64,000 bases of DNA from contig NC_057751.1 of assembly GCF_004010195.1 (NCBI RefSeq), positions 5,573,223 to 5,637,222 of the forward strand. The letters are read 5' to 3'. The notes below the pieces were generated by a model, which was not told where the DNA came from, searched no databases, and saw nothing but the letters and a program-made list of their open reading frames with translations. This stretch comes from Chiloscyllium plagiosum. Taxonomy: Eukaryota. Of the stretch, positions 50,519 to 64,000 are shown one piece after another; the stretch's first letter is position 1; each line of letters starts with the position of its first letter. The position numbers were made by a program, and so were the translations under genes.

Positions 50519-51335
50519 GAAGCATCCAGGCAAATGTGAGGTGATGCATTTTGGGAAGTTTAATTCGAGAGCGAATGATACAATGAATGGGAATGCCTTG
50601 AGAAAAGTTGATGAGTCGAGAAATCTGGGAGTGCAGGTCCATTGTACCCTGAAGGTTGCTGCACAGGTGGATAGAGTGGTCAAGAAGGCATACTGTATTG
50701 CTTGCCTTCATCGGACTGGGTATTGAGTATAAGAGCTGGCAGGTCATGTTAAAATTGTACAACACATTGGTTCGATCGCATTTAGAATACTGTGTACAAT
50801 TCTGATCACCACATTATCAAAAGGATGTGAACGCCTTGGAGAGGGTGCAGAGAAGGTTTACGAGGATGTGGCCTGGTATGGAAGGTGCTAGCTATGAAGA
50901 GAGGTTGAGTAGGTTAGAATTGTTTTCATTCGAAAAAAGGAGATTGAGGGGGACCTAATTGAGGTCTACAAAATCATGAAGGGTAAAGACAGGGGAGATA
51001 GAGGTAAGCTTTTTCCCAGGGTGAAGGATTCGATAACGAGAGGTCATGCTTTCATAGTGAGAGGTGAAAAGATTAAGGGGGATACACACGGCAAGTACTT
51101 CACACAGAGGGTGGCAGGTGCCTGGAACGCGTTGTCAGCAGAGGTAGTAGAGGCAGGCACGGTAAATTCATTTAAGATGTGTCTGGACAGATGCATGAGT
51201 CGGTGGGGAGCAGAGGGATACAGATGCTAAGGAATTGGGCGACAGGTTTAAACAGTAGACTTGGATCAGCTCAGGCTTGGAGGGCCGAAGGGTCTGTTCT
51301 TGGGCTGTAAATTTTCTATGTTTTTTGTTCTTTGT
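50519..51335 (+). mobile_element. CR1-like LINE 3' fragment
   Basis: ORFs 50541..50726 (MHFGKFN..NLGVQVH..LKVAAQVDRVVKKA) and 50976..51230 (TRGH..FTQRV..WNAL). Confidence 0.9.
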
Positions 51336-53938
51336 TAATATTCAACTCAGACATGACTTATTGTTCTAAAAGAACAAAAACATGGTCTTTCAAATCCTAT
51401 TTTATTAGGGAAGCAAAACTGTCAGAGAAACCAAATCAACAGATGAACCCTTCTGGTCTTCATCACTGAGATGCACACTTGATATATTTCATGAGTGACA
51501 ATGGTAATTTGCAAGATATATTCAAAATATCATTCCTCCAGAACCCAACATGTACTTCAGGGCCATCAACGTAGTGGAACTTTAAATACTGAGGTGGCAC
51601 TTGCTGCTTAGTTGCTGTGTTAGCAATGCGGGAACCTTCTTCTTTTCTCAAGAATACCAATGACACAAGAGCCAAGCAGAGAGATTTCAGTGTTCCAGTG
51701 TGAAGAAGTCTAAACAGAGCTCGGCTCATTTTTTCCTTGCTGTGGACGAAAGAGCTGCAGCAAGAACCAGTCATTCCCCTCTGCTGTCAACAGTTAAACA
51801 ATGGCAGAGACTCTGAAGGGAAAGCAGAAGAGAGACAGGAAAGGCTTAAGTGAAGTTCTAAGTCTTAAAGGCATTCATTCACAGAGTAGAGAGACAGAAA
51901 GAGGTTGACAGGTTTAGAACGCTAATGCCGGACTTGAACCCAGGCATCTGAAGGAACAGCCATCCACAGAAGTGTGATTAACATCAGGGGTGTTCAGAAG
52001 TCCAGACTGGAAGACAGCACATATCCCACAGAGTTGTGAACTGGAGGAGATGAGACATAGATCGGAAAAGCCATGGATGCACAAAGGGGATGGACAGGTG
52101 AGGGAGAGCAGAAAAGAAGAAGATTTAAGAATGGAAGAAAATGCCTTGAGATGATTAACACTCTGAATGACCACTCCCTCCTGGTGATTGCTTGCAGAGG
52201 TGAAGACTTTTGATTGAATTAAAGCAACATTCAGAAGGAAGGTGAAGAACTCGAACTGACATGGTGAAACTGAAGGATTATTCACAGCTCAGTGGACTTC
52301 AATTTTGTTTGACTCAGAAGGTTGTGGGTTGCAGCCCCACTCTAGAGATTCCAACACAAAATCCAGTCTGGGAATTCCATTGCTGGGGCCGAAACTCTTG
52401 TGCAGCCTTTCAAGTAAGACGCTATGGGCTGGTCAATGTCAAACATCTCATGTCACAATAAGAAGTGGAGCAGGGGAGCTTTGTCATTGTGTTAACATCC
52501 CAATTGGACAGTGCGTAGCGTGACAATGTGATACTGTAAGACACCCCAAAAGACATTTGACCTGGCTCTACACAAAGGAATCTTATCAACTCGAGGAAGT
52601 GTACCTTCCAAACAAATTTTGGGAATGGTTAAGTTGTTGGAGAGATAAAGTGCTGACGAATGTAATTGGGACCTGCCTTCCAATTTGCTTTGGCAATGAA
52701 TTTCTTGAAACACACACGGTATCCAAATGTGCAGATGATACTGATGAAAAGGTGATGATTTTGAGATGGCTGGGGAATGGCAATTAGAAAATAGATAAAG
52801 CAAAATAACAGCAGCAGAAACAAAATGACCCTACTGAAGATGTTGCAGTAACTTCAGACAAAAACCCCAAAAATCCTAGCAAACGTGACGTTCAATTTGT
52901 CCACCTAACACAGAACTGCAATAAATGAAGGAGAAAGAGGACTGAACTGCTTTATCTAAGCAGCACAGCGCAAGTCAGTGGTTGTCACAATCAAACTGTG
53001 TTGTGGTCAGACCAGATCGTATTTTTGCTGCATCCAGCTTGAGACATTAAGTTATGAGGTAGACGTTGAGCAATGGAGAGAATGTAGGCAGAAGCTACAC
53101 GGTTGAGCATTCATAAGGATATCATCAACAATTGAAGGGAAAGAACAAAGCTGCATTTTCATTTTTGTCTCCAAAGGAGGTGACACACAGTGATTTTTAA
53201 AAGATGGAAAAGTAGCATGAAGAAAAGAGATCAGAAAAGATATTTCAAACAAAGTTGCAGGACTTTGTCCAAGGCATCAGACACTAACTAGTGAAAGACA
53301 CAATCAGGATAAACATCAGAAGATCATTCACACAATGAAGAAAATTAAGTAATTGATTTAGTAATTGAGGGAAACTTGTGAAAACATTTCATGAATGAGG
53401 AAACTACTAAGGCTTCCGGAGAACTATCATGAAGTGAATGGCCTTCTTTATCCATCTTTATTCTGTGGTAGTCAACAGGGTTCATTTCAGCAATACAAGG
53501 ATGCTGATACATAAAATCGCTCTGGCCTCTCCTTAAACTCTAGCCTGGTTTGACAGTGAGAGATAAGTCAAGTCATGTAAGGTCAATGTAGGCATCTACA
53601 GCTCAGTAGTGAGCAGAGGAGATCTTGTGCTTCTGACATTTTTGGCTGCAAAGAATCAGATTCAGAAATGTCTAAGTGCAAACAGAAAAGTGACAGTTCT
53701 CCTCAATGATAAACAGGCCCCAAAACATGGAAGGTTTGAACATCATGAATATGCTTACATCAAAAATAAGCCTTTTATGAAATTAATCAGTCTCTATGTA
53801 TTAGATTTCTAGTTGTCAGTCAAATATATTGAAAAAGCATAAATTGCTGCATGAACCTGATTATTCAAGGCTAATGAGACGAACAGCAAGTGTCAAATTG
53901 GTACAAGCTGCCAAAAACATGTACGAATGGTCTCTGAC

Positions 53939-54093
53939 CTGCTGGCGGTACGACTGCCTGGGTCGATGGCCTTTTGCGTGGGGTCAGAGAAGGCTGAATG
54001 GGCAGCATCCCTGGGTTGGCTGGAGCCTGCCCAGCCTTCGGCCTTTGGCGAGGAGCTATTGATGTCTCAGTTGGTGGAGTTGGGTCTGTCAGT
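53939..54093 (-). CDS. AAK1: AAK1 exon W5, [51 protein letters not shown]
   Basis: 155 nt; acceptor tttcacag, donor gtcaga; conserved [14 protein letters not shown] motif (ORF 53871..54119). Confidence 0.95.
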
Positions 54094-54991
54094 CTGTGAA
54101 ATGAGGACAACAGTTTCATGTACGGGAAAGACAGCAGAAAACATCACACTATAACACACACCCATCTCTCCCTCTCCCTCTCCAACACCCGTTTGTTTTA
54201 ACTTTGCAGTCTTGGAAGTGCAGACAGCAGAAATATTCAGTCATGGAACAGGGATCGATAGAATACACCAGATCACTTTTTAAAATCACCAAACTGTGTT
54301 GATACCACAATCAGAATAACGTGGTCTAATCTGACCCATTATGCTTCTCATTATTTGTAAGCTTCAATATTTCCACTTTTCAAGCAATCGATTCCTATTA
54401 GAAAAGGTTCAAAGATAGATACTGCATCAACAACGTGGCAGAGGGATCTGGACTTTATATAGAAAACAGTTCTTAACCATAATTTTATGCCATCTGGTTA
54501 CAATCTCAGTAATTAGTACAAACAAACATCGATCTCTCCTTACCTCATTACAATTCTTTAAGAACCACAAGAACAGGCCACATGTTCCGAACATCTCACT
54601 TCAATATCTTCAGTTCAAATGAAAAGGTCTTGTGCACTTAAAAAACCTTTTTGCTGCTAACACCTGGTGAATCAGTGCCATACATGTTCTGTAGCTTCTC
54701 ATGTCTAATTTCCACTGGTTCAGAACTTGAAACAATATTCAGCCTGCAGTCAAACTAATGACTTGTATATCTGCATCACACTGACTTTGTACATATACAG
54801 TGTCCCCTTCTTTTTGAATTCAGTGTTAGGGGCTCAAAACCAAGGAATCCATTTGTCCTTTTGTTATATTGGTATATCTGTGGTGCTGCCTTCCAAGTGC
54901 TTACCCTGCAACCAAACCTAACTGCCTTACATTTAGTAAGATTGATTTCTGTTTGTCACTTACAATCTGTTGAAATAGAGCTTCTCTACTG

Positions 54992-55346
54992 TGGGGAGGC
55001 AAAGGCCTCATGGTATTATCACCAGGCTATTAGGCCAGAAACTCAGCTGATGCTTCGGAACTGGGTTCAAATCCTCCATGGCAGATGGTGGAATTTGAAT
55101 TAAACAATAATTTGGACTTAGTAGTTTAATGATGACCATGAAACCATTGTTGATGGTCAGGGAAAAATCTATCTGATTCATTTATGTCCTCTATGGAAGG
55201 AAATCTGCCATCCTTACTGGGTCTGGCATACATGTGACTCCAGATCCACAGCAATGTAGTTAATTCATAACTGCCCTCTTGTAATTAGGGATGGGGAATA
55301 AATGTTGGCCTGTCCAGCAACACCCTCATCCTGTGAGTGAATAAAA
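54992..55346 (+). mobile_element. Second tRNA-type SINE family (LINE-like tail)
   Basis: B-box gggttcaaatcc; shares its body with 26925-27264 and 59395-59738; tail resembles the 3' end of local L2/CR1-type LINE fragments. Confidence 0.7.
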
Positions 55347-55524
55347 CAAAATCCAAACACTGACACTACACTTATCTAGCACAAGTGGTCAGGCACCAAA
55401 TGACTGGCTTCTGCAAGGACTACAGTAGGAAGGGAACCAGAAAGGTTCACCAGCACTTTTTATATGAATTATCATGCGATATGGGCATTGCTATACCATA
55501 GCAAGACTATATCAATAAATACCA

Positions 55525-56320
55525 GCATTTATTGCCCAGCCCAAGCAGACCTTGACAAGTTGGCAGTGAGCTTTATTTGCTGCAGTCACTGGGTGTAGGT
55601 AGACCCATTATAACATCAGAGAAGCAATTCCAGGATTTCAACCAACAAGTGAACAAAGTTAAAAGTCACACAAAGCCGGGTTATAGTCCAACAGGTGTAT
55701 TTGTAAATACTAGTTTTCAGACCACTGCTCCTTTGCCAGGTAGCTGTGAAAGCTTGTACTTCCACACCTGCTGGACTATAACCTGGAGTTGTGAGATTTT
55801 TAACTTTGTCCACCCCAGCCCAACAGTGGCACCTCCACATCATAACAACAGTGAAGGAACAGCAACATACTTCCAACTCAGCATGATGTGTAGCTTGGAG
55901 AGTAACTTCCAGCAGTTAGTGTTCCATGTATCTGCTACCTTGTGCTTCTGGGTGGGACAGCTCAGAGGATGGAAGATGCTGACTAAGGATCTTTGGTGAA
56001 TTTCTTCATTGCATCTTGTGGAGAGCACACACTGCTACTACTGAGCGTCAGTAGTGGACGGAGTGATTACAAACTGGACAAATCATTCAAAGACTGTGGC
56101 TACAGCACCAGGTCAGAGGTTTGAAATCGTGGAGTGAATACCTCATTTCCCGACTCCTCAAACCATGTCAACTATTGACGAGGCACAAGTCAGAAGAGTG
56201 ATGAAATACTCCACACTTGGCCAGGTGAATGCAGCTCCAACAATACTCAAGGAGCTTGACCACACCCAAGACAAAGCAGCCCACTTGTTTGGCATTACAT
56301 CCACTATCTCCGCCACCAAT
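55525..56320. mobile_element. L2/CR1-clade LINE fragments in opposite orientations (minus to about 56060, plus from about 56070)
   Basis: Left part resembles 39220-39520; right part encodes AQVRRVMKYS..AAPTILKELDHTQDKAAHLFG on the plus strand. Confidence 0.6.
55650..55843. mobile_element. Fold-back (inverted-repeat) element, probably the terminus of a second PLE family, nested in a LINE fragment
   Basis: 46-nt arms at 55653-55698 and 55764-55809, 40/46 complementary by eye. Confidence 0.6.
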
Positions 56321-56941
56321 TTTATGAGCACAACTGACTCGTCCTTTCTCCAACATTGGATGATTGAGATTTCTTTTAATGGATCCCTGTGCCTCTGCCT
56401 AATTCCACACTCTCATGCTTTTCTGAACAAGGAAATGTTCCCAGCATTCCCCATTTGAATCAAAAATAATGAACTCGTAACTGAATGATTTGGGGATTTG
56501 TCTGTGCAACAGTCATTATGTTCAAAGATAACTACCAGTCCGTGAGCCACTTGGGAGCTGAATTAGGGCATTGTATCAATGGGTCTCCCCACTGAGAAAA
56601 ATCCAGGTGGAAATTAAGTGCTGAACCAATAAAACACCCACCCAGATCTCCTTGTCCAGACTGATACACAGAAGTTAGCCAAGTCTGCAATGCACATTTA
56701 GTCCTTTAAGCCAGAAGCAAACCAAAATTGCATTCAACAAAAAACAAGGCGAACCCAACTGAAACCCAAAAGGCTTGGCAATGTTATATTTGTACTCCCT
56801 GGATTCAAAACACTTTCCCTTCCCAAAAAGCACAAAATAAAATCCAAGTCTTGATGCTGTTATGTCAAAGTCACTGAAGCAATTCCAGGCAATTGCCTCC
56901 TCCGCCTAATTACATGCAAGATGGTATGTGAAAGTGCTAAC

Positions 56942-57021
56942 CTCGCCTTGGGCTGTGTCTTCTTAGCTGCAGCTTCACTGGCTTTTACTGGCTCAACAAG
57001 CTTGGCTGGAATGGGAGAGTT
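56942..57021 (-). CDS. AAK1: AAK1 exon W4, [26 protein letters not shown](R)
   Basis: 80 nt; acceptor cttttacag, donor gttagc; near-identical to the vertebrate AAK1 post-kinase segment as recalled. Confidence 0.95.
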
Positions 57022-57164
57022 CTGTAAAAGAAAGCTATTATTACATCAACTTCAAAACGCAAGCAAATGCACATGATTTCTCCACAGCTTCACCATCGCA
57101 GACTCAACACGACTTGTCACACCAAAATAAAACAACGAAATGTGGATGTTGGCTATCTGAAACA

Positions 57165-57350
57165 CACAAAAACAGAAATTGCTGGACAAACTCAGCAAGT
57201 CTGGCAGCATCTGTGGAGAGAAAACAGAGTTAACACTGAGAGTACAGTGACCAGTTCTAAAGAAGAGTCACTGGATTTGAAATGTTTTCTCTGTTTCCTC
57301 CCCACAGATGTTGCCAGACCCGCTAAGTTTCTTGCGCAGTTTCCGTTTCT
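57165..57350. mobile_element. Imperfect palindromic element (PLE-terminus or MITE-like)
   Basis: gtctggcagcatctgtgg..aaacagag versus ctctgttt..ccacagatgttgccagac; related, more decayed copies at about 18900-19105 and 32290-32375. Confidence 0.55.
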
Positions 57351-57572
57351 CTATGTTCTACAATGTCATATACTTTCCACTCTCAACAGTCATATTATAG
57401 ATCTTTTTATGCTGGCTGTGTCAAGACTCAGATCGTTCAGTGACAGAAAATTGTTCAACGTGAATGCACAACAAATGAATTTGGTTTCATGAACCCACTG
57501 AAGAACCACAGATCAGATCTTTCCAGCACTTAATATGGGCTTAAGTTGTTTTGCACATTTTCCAACTGGATT

Positions 57573-57840
57573 TAGAGAGTCATAGAGATGTACAGCAGAG
57601 AAACAGACCTTTGAGTCCAACTCGTCCATGTTGACAAGATATCCTACAGTAATGTCGTCCCACTTGCCTGCATTTGGCCCAGATCCCTCTGAACCCTTCC
57701 TATTTGTGAACCCTTTTAAATGTTGTAATGTCCCAGCCTCCATCACTTCCTCTGGCAGTTGGTTCCTAATACACACCACCCTCTGCGTGAAAAAGTTACC
57801 CGTTAGATCCCTTTTAAAACCTTCCCGTATCACCTTAAAC
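57573..57840 (-). mobile_element. CR1/HER1-like LINE 3' end
   Basis: ORF 57513..57842 GNFFTQRVV..NQLPEEV; reverse complement of the 45430-45690 type sequence. Confidence 0.8.
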
Positions 57841-57983
57841 ATCCAGGTAATCCTGACAAACTTTGGCAGAACTCACTTTATTTGGTTTACTAACAAGGAT
57901 ATGTCAAGGCAAGTCGCTCATGCACAATCACGAATTTGCTTTTCAACTGCAAGCATTCTATTTCTTTCGATGGTCTTGCCTTA

Positions 57984-58349
<366 letters not shown>

Positions 58350-59394
58350 CTAAAATGACTGCAGCTTCAATATGAAGGAAGCATCAATGTATTTGACCAC
58401 ACAACTCAAAAAACTGCTGCACGTTCAGAGACAGATTTCATTTTCAATGCTCTGGTATGTTTATTCACATATCTTAAACTCTAACCATCGAGAACAGCTC
58501 CCTTTCAGACACAGTAAGGAGATCATTCTTGAGAAACAAGCACAAATAAAGTAAATCACAACTGCCCAGAGACAGAAAGCATCAACGTTGTTTCACTTTG
58601 TTCTTCTCATCTTGTTGTCTCTGTTCCAAGCAACATGTGCTTGTCAAAATTTCAGTCAATTTGGGTATGGATTTAAAATAAAGACAAATGAATCAGACCG
58701 GTTAAATGGAGGGTTATTTTGAAGAAGCATATCAGAAAATAATTTGCAACAGTGACCCAAACGCATCAATTGCAACAAAGCATGTAACTTGAGTCCAGCC
58801 TTTGTGATGTAATGTTAATGGATGGAACGTCAATACTGCTGAGTTTGCAACAGGAAGTCACACATTTAGGTTTGACTTCAGAGCGGATGGTTCGAGGTCT
58901 CAGTTCTGAATAAAGACTGCTCAGTCCAGAAGGGAGAAAACTTTTTCCAAGCAGGGGTATCAAATTTTCCTTCAGGGCAACCAGTCACGACAGCTTAAAT
59001 GCTGTTGTTGTGAATGGACCAAGCCAGGAAAGTTTGGATAGAAATCTTCAAGTTGTTAGAACTGAAAAACGTTCAGGCCAAACTGCCTCCACTGTCCACG
59101 GAAAAGAAAGTGGGAGGTATCAGTTAAAAAGTTCAAGTATTGAGTGGGGCGGAAAGTTCCTCGAGAATTAATACTGTAAGTACAGATATTCAGAGAACAG
59201 TTTGAAACTTCATTTTGCCATTTGAGCTAAGATCCTTCTAAAGGCCTTCTATATAAAAATACAGACATGCTGCTTTGTACGGTATCTTTGCTCTCTTTTG
59301 TGTCATAATCCAGAACATTTTTCGGTTTGAAGAACTTGAAGATTTCTATCCAAACCTTCCTGGCTTGGTCCATTCAAAACAACAGCATTGGTTT

Positions 59395-59738
59395 TTGTTC
59401 ATTCACAGGATTTGGGCTTCGCTGACTGAGCCAGCACATATTATACATTTGTGATTGCTCAGAGGATACTCAGAGTCAAGCACATTTGAAGTCACGTGTG
59501 GGCCAACCAGGTAAGGATGGCAGGCTTGCTTCCTGCAAGGACAGGAATGAACCAGGTGGGTTAGGTAATAATTGACAATGGTTATGTGATCGCCATGAGG
59601 TCAACTGTCTGTTAAAGATTTCTACTGAATTCATCTTTCACCATCTGTCAGAGTCGGGTTCAAACTCATGTCTCCAGACCATGACCCTGGGTTCTGGATT
59701 ACTAATTCAGTAACATGACCAGCATGCCACCACCTCCA
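59395..59738 (-). mobile_element. Second tRNA-type SINE family copy (diverged)
   Basis: ccaggtaaggatggcag..ataattgacaatgg shared with 26925-27264; a 5' fragment of the same family is at 1-93. Confidence 0.65.
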
Positions 59739-60819
59739 CAATCCTGAGATAAAGAACAGTACGCCCTCTTGTAACACATTTCAGTGAGCAACCAGTTGAA
59801 AAAATTAAACCCATTATCTGTCAAGCCTAGGATTTGACTTGTCCACTATTTACCTTGGAAGGTTTCAGAACAAGTGGCTCATCGTCACTTGCAGCTCTGT
59901 CCTCAAGATACAGCAGTGTTAAATTGTCACCCTGCAGAGAATGTTGTGTGAACATTCACATCCAAATTATTGGGACTTAGCGTGACAGATGTAACAGGAT
60001 GACAGCCCACAGGATTATTTTAATCAGTTTCTTGCAGTGAGATATTTCCAGCTCCTTGCACATCAGTCTACTTCACTTTCACCAATCTTGCAAGTTTTAA
60101 TCCATTTATAACCTCCGGGATAAAATGCGTTTGACGAGATCAGTAATGGTTGATTCCAATTTTGCCTCAAAGTATCAGTGGAATTCTAATTTTAGGAAAT
60201 GCTTGTGAAATAATATTTTCTGTTTAAAATTAAACTTCGATTAAGATACATTAATTCATCTGCTTTGTCCCAATGAAGTGGACAGTATGATGCCATAAAC
60301 AGAAGCAGCTCCTCAACATTTGAATTAAATCCTGTTCCTGTCTCTATGCATTGCCATTCATGTCACTGTGAATAGTTCAAAAGTATATATGCAATACGCA
60401 TTCTCAAACTCAGGGCAACTCCTCAATAGACAGAGTGTCACTGTTGTCTTCACCTTGACTGCAAATACAGCCAAGGTCATAGGCCTGAAACTCACTCACA
60501 ACTTCAGAACACTTGACCAGACAATGACGACAGGCACAAACCATTTAGAATGCCAAACCTGGCAAAGACAACAAGCGAAGGGAAGTTCAAATCATTCAGT
60601 CTCATCACAAGTTGCAGAGTTCTGCACTTTTTAACATCTTTGAAAATCCAACACGTTCGAGATTTCAACACTTCATTTCTTAGACAACATCAGCCAAATG
60701 CACAATATGTGAGCTTCTGATGATGCTGCACTTGACGAACTGTTCAATCAAAAAACACAGACTGTAAATCTATCCAAATCTATTTTTAACCTTCTAGCTT
60801 AATTGTACTATCATTCTCA

Positions 60820-61026
<207 letters not shown>

Positions 61027-62325
61027 TCAATCAAAAGAAGTCAAAAAAAAGGCAGAAGTTATCTTTTTCCCCAAGGTAACTCAACCAGTGGCTCTTCCCA
61101 TCTTGGGTAATTCGAGCCAAGAAAGCATCCACATATGATCTTGCATCCACATTTTCTGGAATGTTAAATTTTATTATTTTCTTCAAAGATTTGTCATTTG
61201 TTTGATCATGGTATGAAGGTGGAAAGCAACTACTCAAAATAGCAGGAGCTTTTGCAGAACTGTGTCCCACACATACAGTGATGTCCTGGGAAGAGTGGAC
61301 AATTGCTTCACATTAAAACAAGAATGGGTTTCAAAGCTCTTTCCCAAGAGGGGATGGAGGTCATAGCTGGTCATTCCAGTGACTGAGAAGGTCAAAAGCT
61401 ACTGTGGCTGTTTTCGAACTGTGAGCAATTCAAATCAATTTGTGCACACTTTGTGACATATAGAAATACAAACTTAAATTCTAAGTGTCAATTATGATCA
61501 GCATGCCAATAGATCGCACTGAATTAACGAAAGTGCTGCTTGTCAATCTGACTGTAAATACCCTGCAACAGCTATAGCATTCAGGGAAAATCCATTGTCA
61601 CTGGATAATCTCATGAATACTTTAGCACTCGGGTGAAAAGAATGTTAGGTGAAGTGAAAAATGCACATGAGCTTGAAATGATTTCATTCACACCCCACAG
61701 CCACCATTGCCCTTTGTGATCAAATGGACCCTTTCAAAGATATTGGCCAAGTCATGCATATTGGTCAGGACAAGTCGCCTGCTCTTTTTCAAACAGCATC
61801 ATGAGATTATCACACTCATTTGGCCACAACATGGCATATCCAATCATGTGGAAGCAAGTGCAATGTTGAGGGAAGGTAAGTGCAAGTCAAAGAGAAATGG
61901 ACAGACTTAGTGGTACTCCACAGAGAAAATTCAAGTCAATCGATCTGAACAACAAGGTCTGAACAGTGTAATTTTGCTATGATTGCCTCTTATTACGAAG
62001 TGTGAACAATCAGGGGCAACATGTTGTAAAATGAGATTACTGCTTTCTTTTGGCATGATATTCAGCTTCTAATAAATTTTAAATAATGCTTTGGCATGGA
62101 AATAATTGCCGAGTTTAGTTGCCCCGACCACTGGGACATGCTGATATTCTGAACAGCTCTATACAAATATAAGTTTGCTTGTTTCTGTTACTGGTAATGT
62201 AGTTATGTGTTTTCATTCTCTAGATTTTCAGTGTCAATTATTTCCATTACATCAACAGCACAGAATCGGGAAATGCCTCAGAAAGAATATCCTGACATTA
62301 AGTGCTTTCATTTACAGTACATCTA

Positions 62326-62478
<153 letters not shown>

Positions 62479-63164
62479 TTAGGGTTGAGACTGGAACTTC
62501 TTGTTTTGGTTCTCTCAAGTGCACAGTGATTTGCCTTTCTTGCGGCCTTTCAGGTTAGCCAAAAGAAAAAAATTCAAGCTCATGTCAATAAATCTGATCA
62601 ACTCGGGCCAATGCCATCGGGAACACATGAGGTCAGCTGATGTGGCATGAAATGCCTTTATTCAGAGGTGTACCTCCTGACGAATTGTGAGCAAATATTC
62701 CCAGTTGTTATAACACCCTGAGTGAAGCCAAAACCAAACAGCAGTTCAAGAGAATGTCTCTTCTTTTGGAGACGTAATGGCTGCCAGTAAAGAACAATGA
62801 CAACATCTCAAAATAATTCATGGTATGCAAAACTCTTTCATGGGGCAAGAAGTGAAACATTAACAAAAGGTTTTTTTTATATCTTCCTGGTACAGCAATG
62901 AAATGGGGGAAGGGAAAATCACAATTAAACTGACACATCTGATAATTTGGTTCCCAGGAAGCAAACAATGGTTAAGAGTTAGACTTGAGATTAAAACAAA
63001 CAAGACCCCATGTTGTATTAGGTCCCAGGATCAGTATGGCAATGTACTACAGAGTCATACCCATGATACCATCGCTGCATCAGAACATTGGACCTGATTT
63101 CACATCTTACCATGGATCAACTGAAGCATAACACATTGCTGGAACCATGCTTCACTTTTGCCAA

Positions 63165-64000
63165 ACAGGATGCTCTTCACCTGAACCAGAGGGTTACCAA
63201 TATCCTGGAGGGGGGGAAAATTTCCTAATGCTCTGTGGCGGGGGGAGTAGAGTTAAATTAATGCAGCAGGGGGATGGAAACCTGAATCATACTTCCAGTG
63301 TACTGGAGTTTGAAGGTAGTGAAGTCTGGAATAGGTTTACAAGGTCGTGAGAGGGACTGACAACCAGGATGTTGGATTTAAATGTGTGTACTTCAATGCC
63401 AGGAGCATTCGGAATAAAAAGTGGGTGAACTTGCAGTATGGGTTGGTACCTGGGATTTCAATGTTGGGGCCATTTCAGAGACATGGCTCGAGGAGGGATG
63501 GGAATGGTTGTTGCAGATTCCAGGATTTTGTTATTTCAACAAGAACAGAGAAGATGCTACAAGAGGGTGAAGGTGTGGCATGGTTAATCAAGGGTAGTAT
63601 GACCGCAATTCAGATAAAGTTTGAGGACTCATCCACTGAGGTAGTTTGGGCTGAGGTTAGAAACAGGAAAGGAGAGGTCACCCTGTTGGGAGTTTCTTCT
63701 CAGCCTCTGAATTGTTCCAGGAATGTAGAGGAAAGGATAACAAAGGTGATACTTGACAGGAGCAAGAGTAACAGGGAAGTTTTTATGGGGGACTTTAACT
63801 TCCCCAACATTGACTGGGAATACTATAGTTCAAGTAGTTGAGATGGGTCAATTTTTGTTCATTGTGTGCAGGAGAGTTCTCTGACACAGTATGTAGACAG
63901 GCCATTTTTATAAATGATTTGGATGTGGGCATAGAAGGATGGATTAGTAAATTTGCAGATGACACTAAAGTAGGCAGAGTTGTGGATAGTGCAGAAGGAT
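63165..64000 (+). mobile_element. CR1-like LINE: ORF1 end, APE endonuclease and RT fragment (runs off the window)
   Basis: YFNARSIRN and MGDFNFPNIDW endonuclease motifs (ORF 63347..63841), then FINDLD..SKFADDTK RT core from about 63908. Confidence 0.88.

Overview
Eukaryotic (vertebrate) genomic DNA, most likely from a shark or other cartilaginous fish (inferred from HE1-like V-SINEs, CR1/HER1-like LINEs and Penelope-like elements). The window holds the 3' part of an AAK1 (AP2-associated kinase 1) gene on the minus strand. I traced 16 GT-AG coding exons from 62431 down to the stop codon at 9688. They join in frame (2179 nt, about 725 aa) and cover the kinase C-lobe, the Q/P/A-rich region and the NPF/DPF-rich tail ending ...[10 protein letters not shown]. 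The 5' exons lie beyond the right edge. Introns are dense in retroelements: V-SINEs, a second tRNA-type SINE, CR1/L2-type LINE fragments, two solo-LTR-like elements, a decayed Penelope-like element and short PLE-end copies carrying hammerhead-ribozyme-like motifs. No prokaryotic features (operons, CRISPR) are present, and most ORFs in the supplied track are spurious or shadow frames. The most interesting observations are: (i) a run of symmetric phase-1 motif-bearing exons with several candidate alternative last exons, (ii) an exon that regenerates a 5' splice site (recursive-splicing signature), (iii) inverted SINE pairs flanking exons, and (iv) a TSD-flanked 134-bp element with a minimal hammerhead-like core on the AAK1 sense strand. 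These are hypotheses read from sequence alone, not a demonstrated new system. Repeat boundaries are approximate and repeat family names come from recognition, not a database search.
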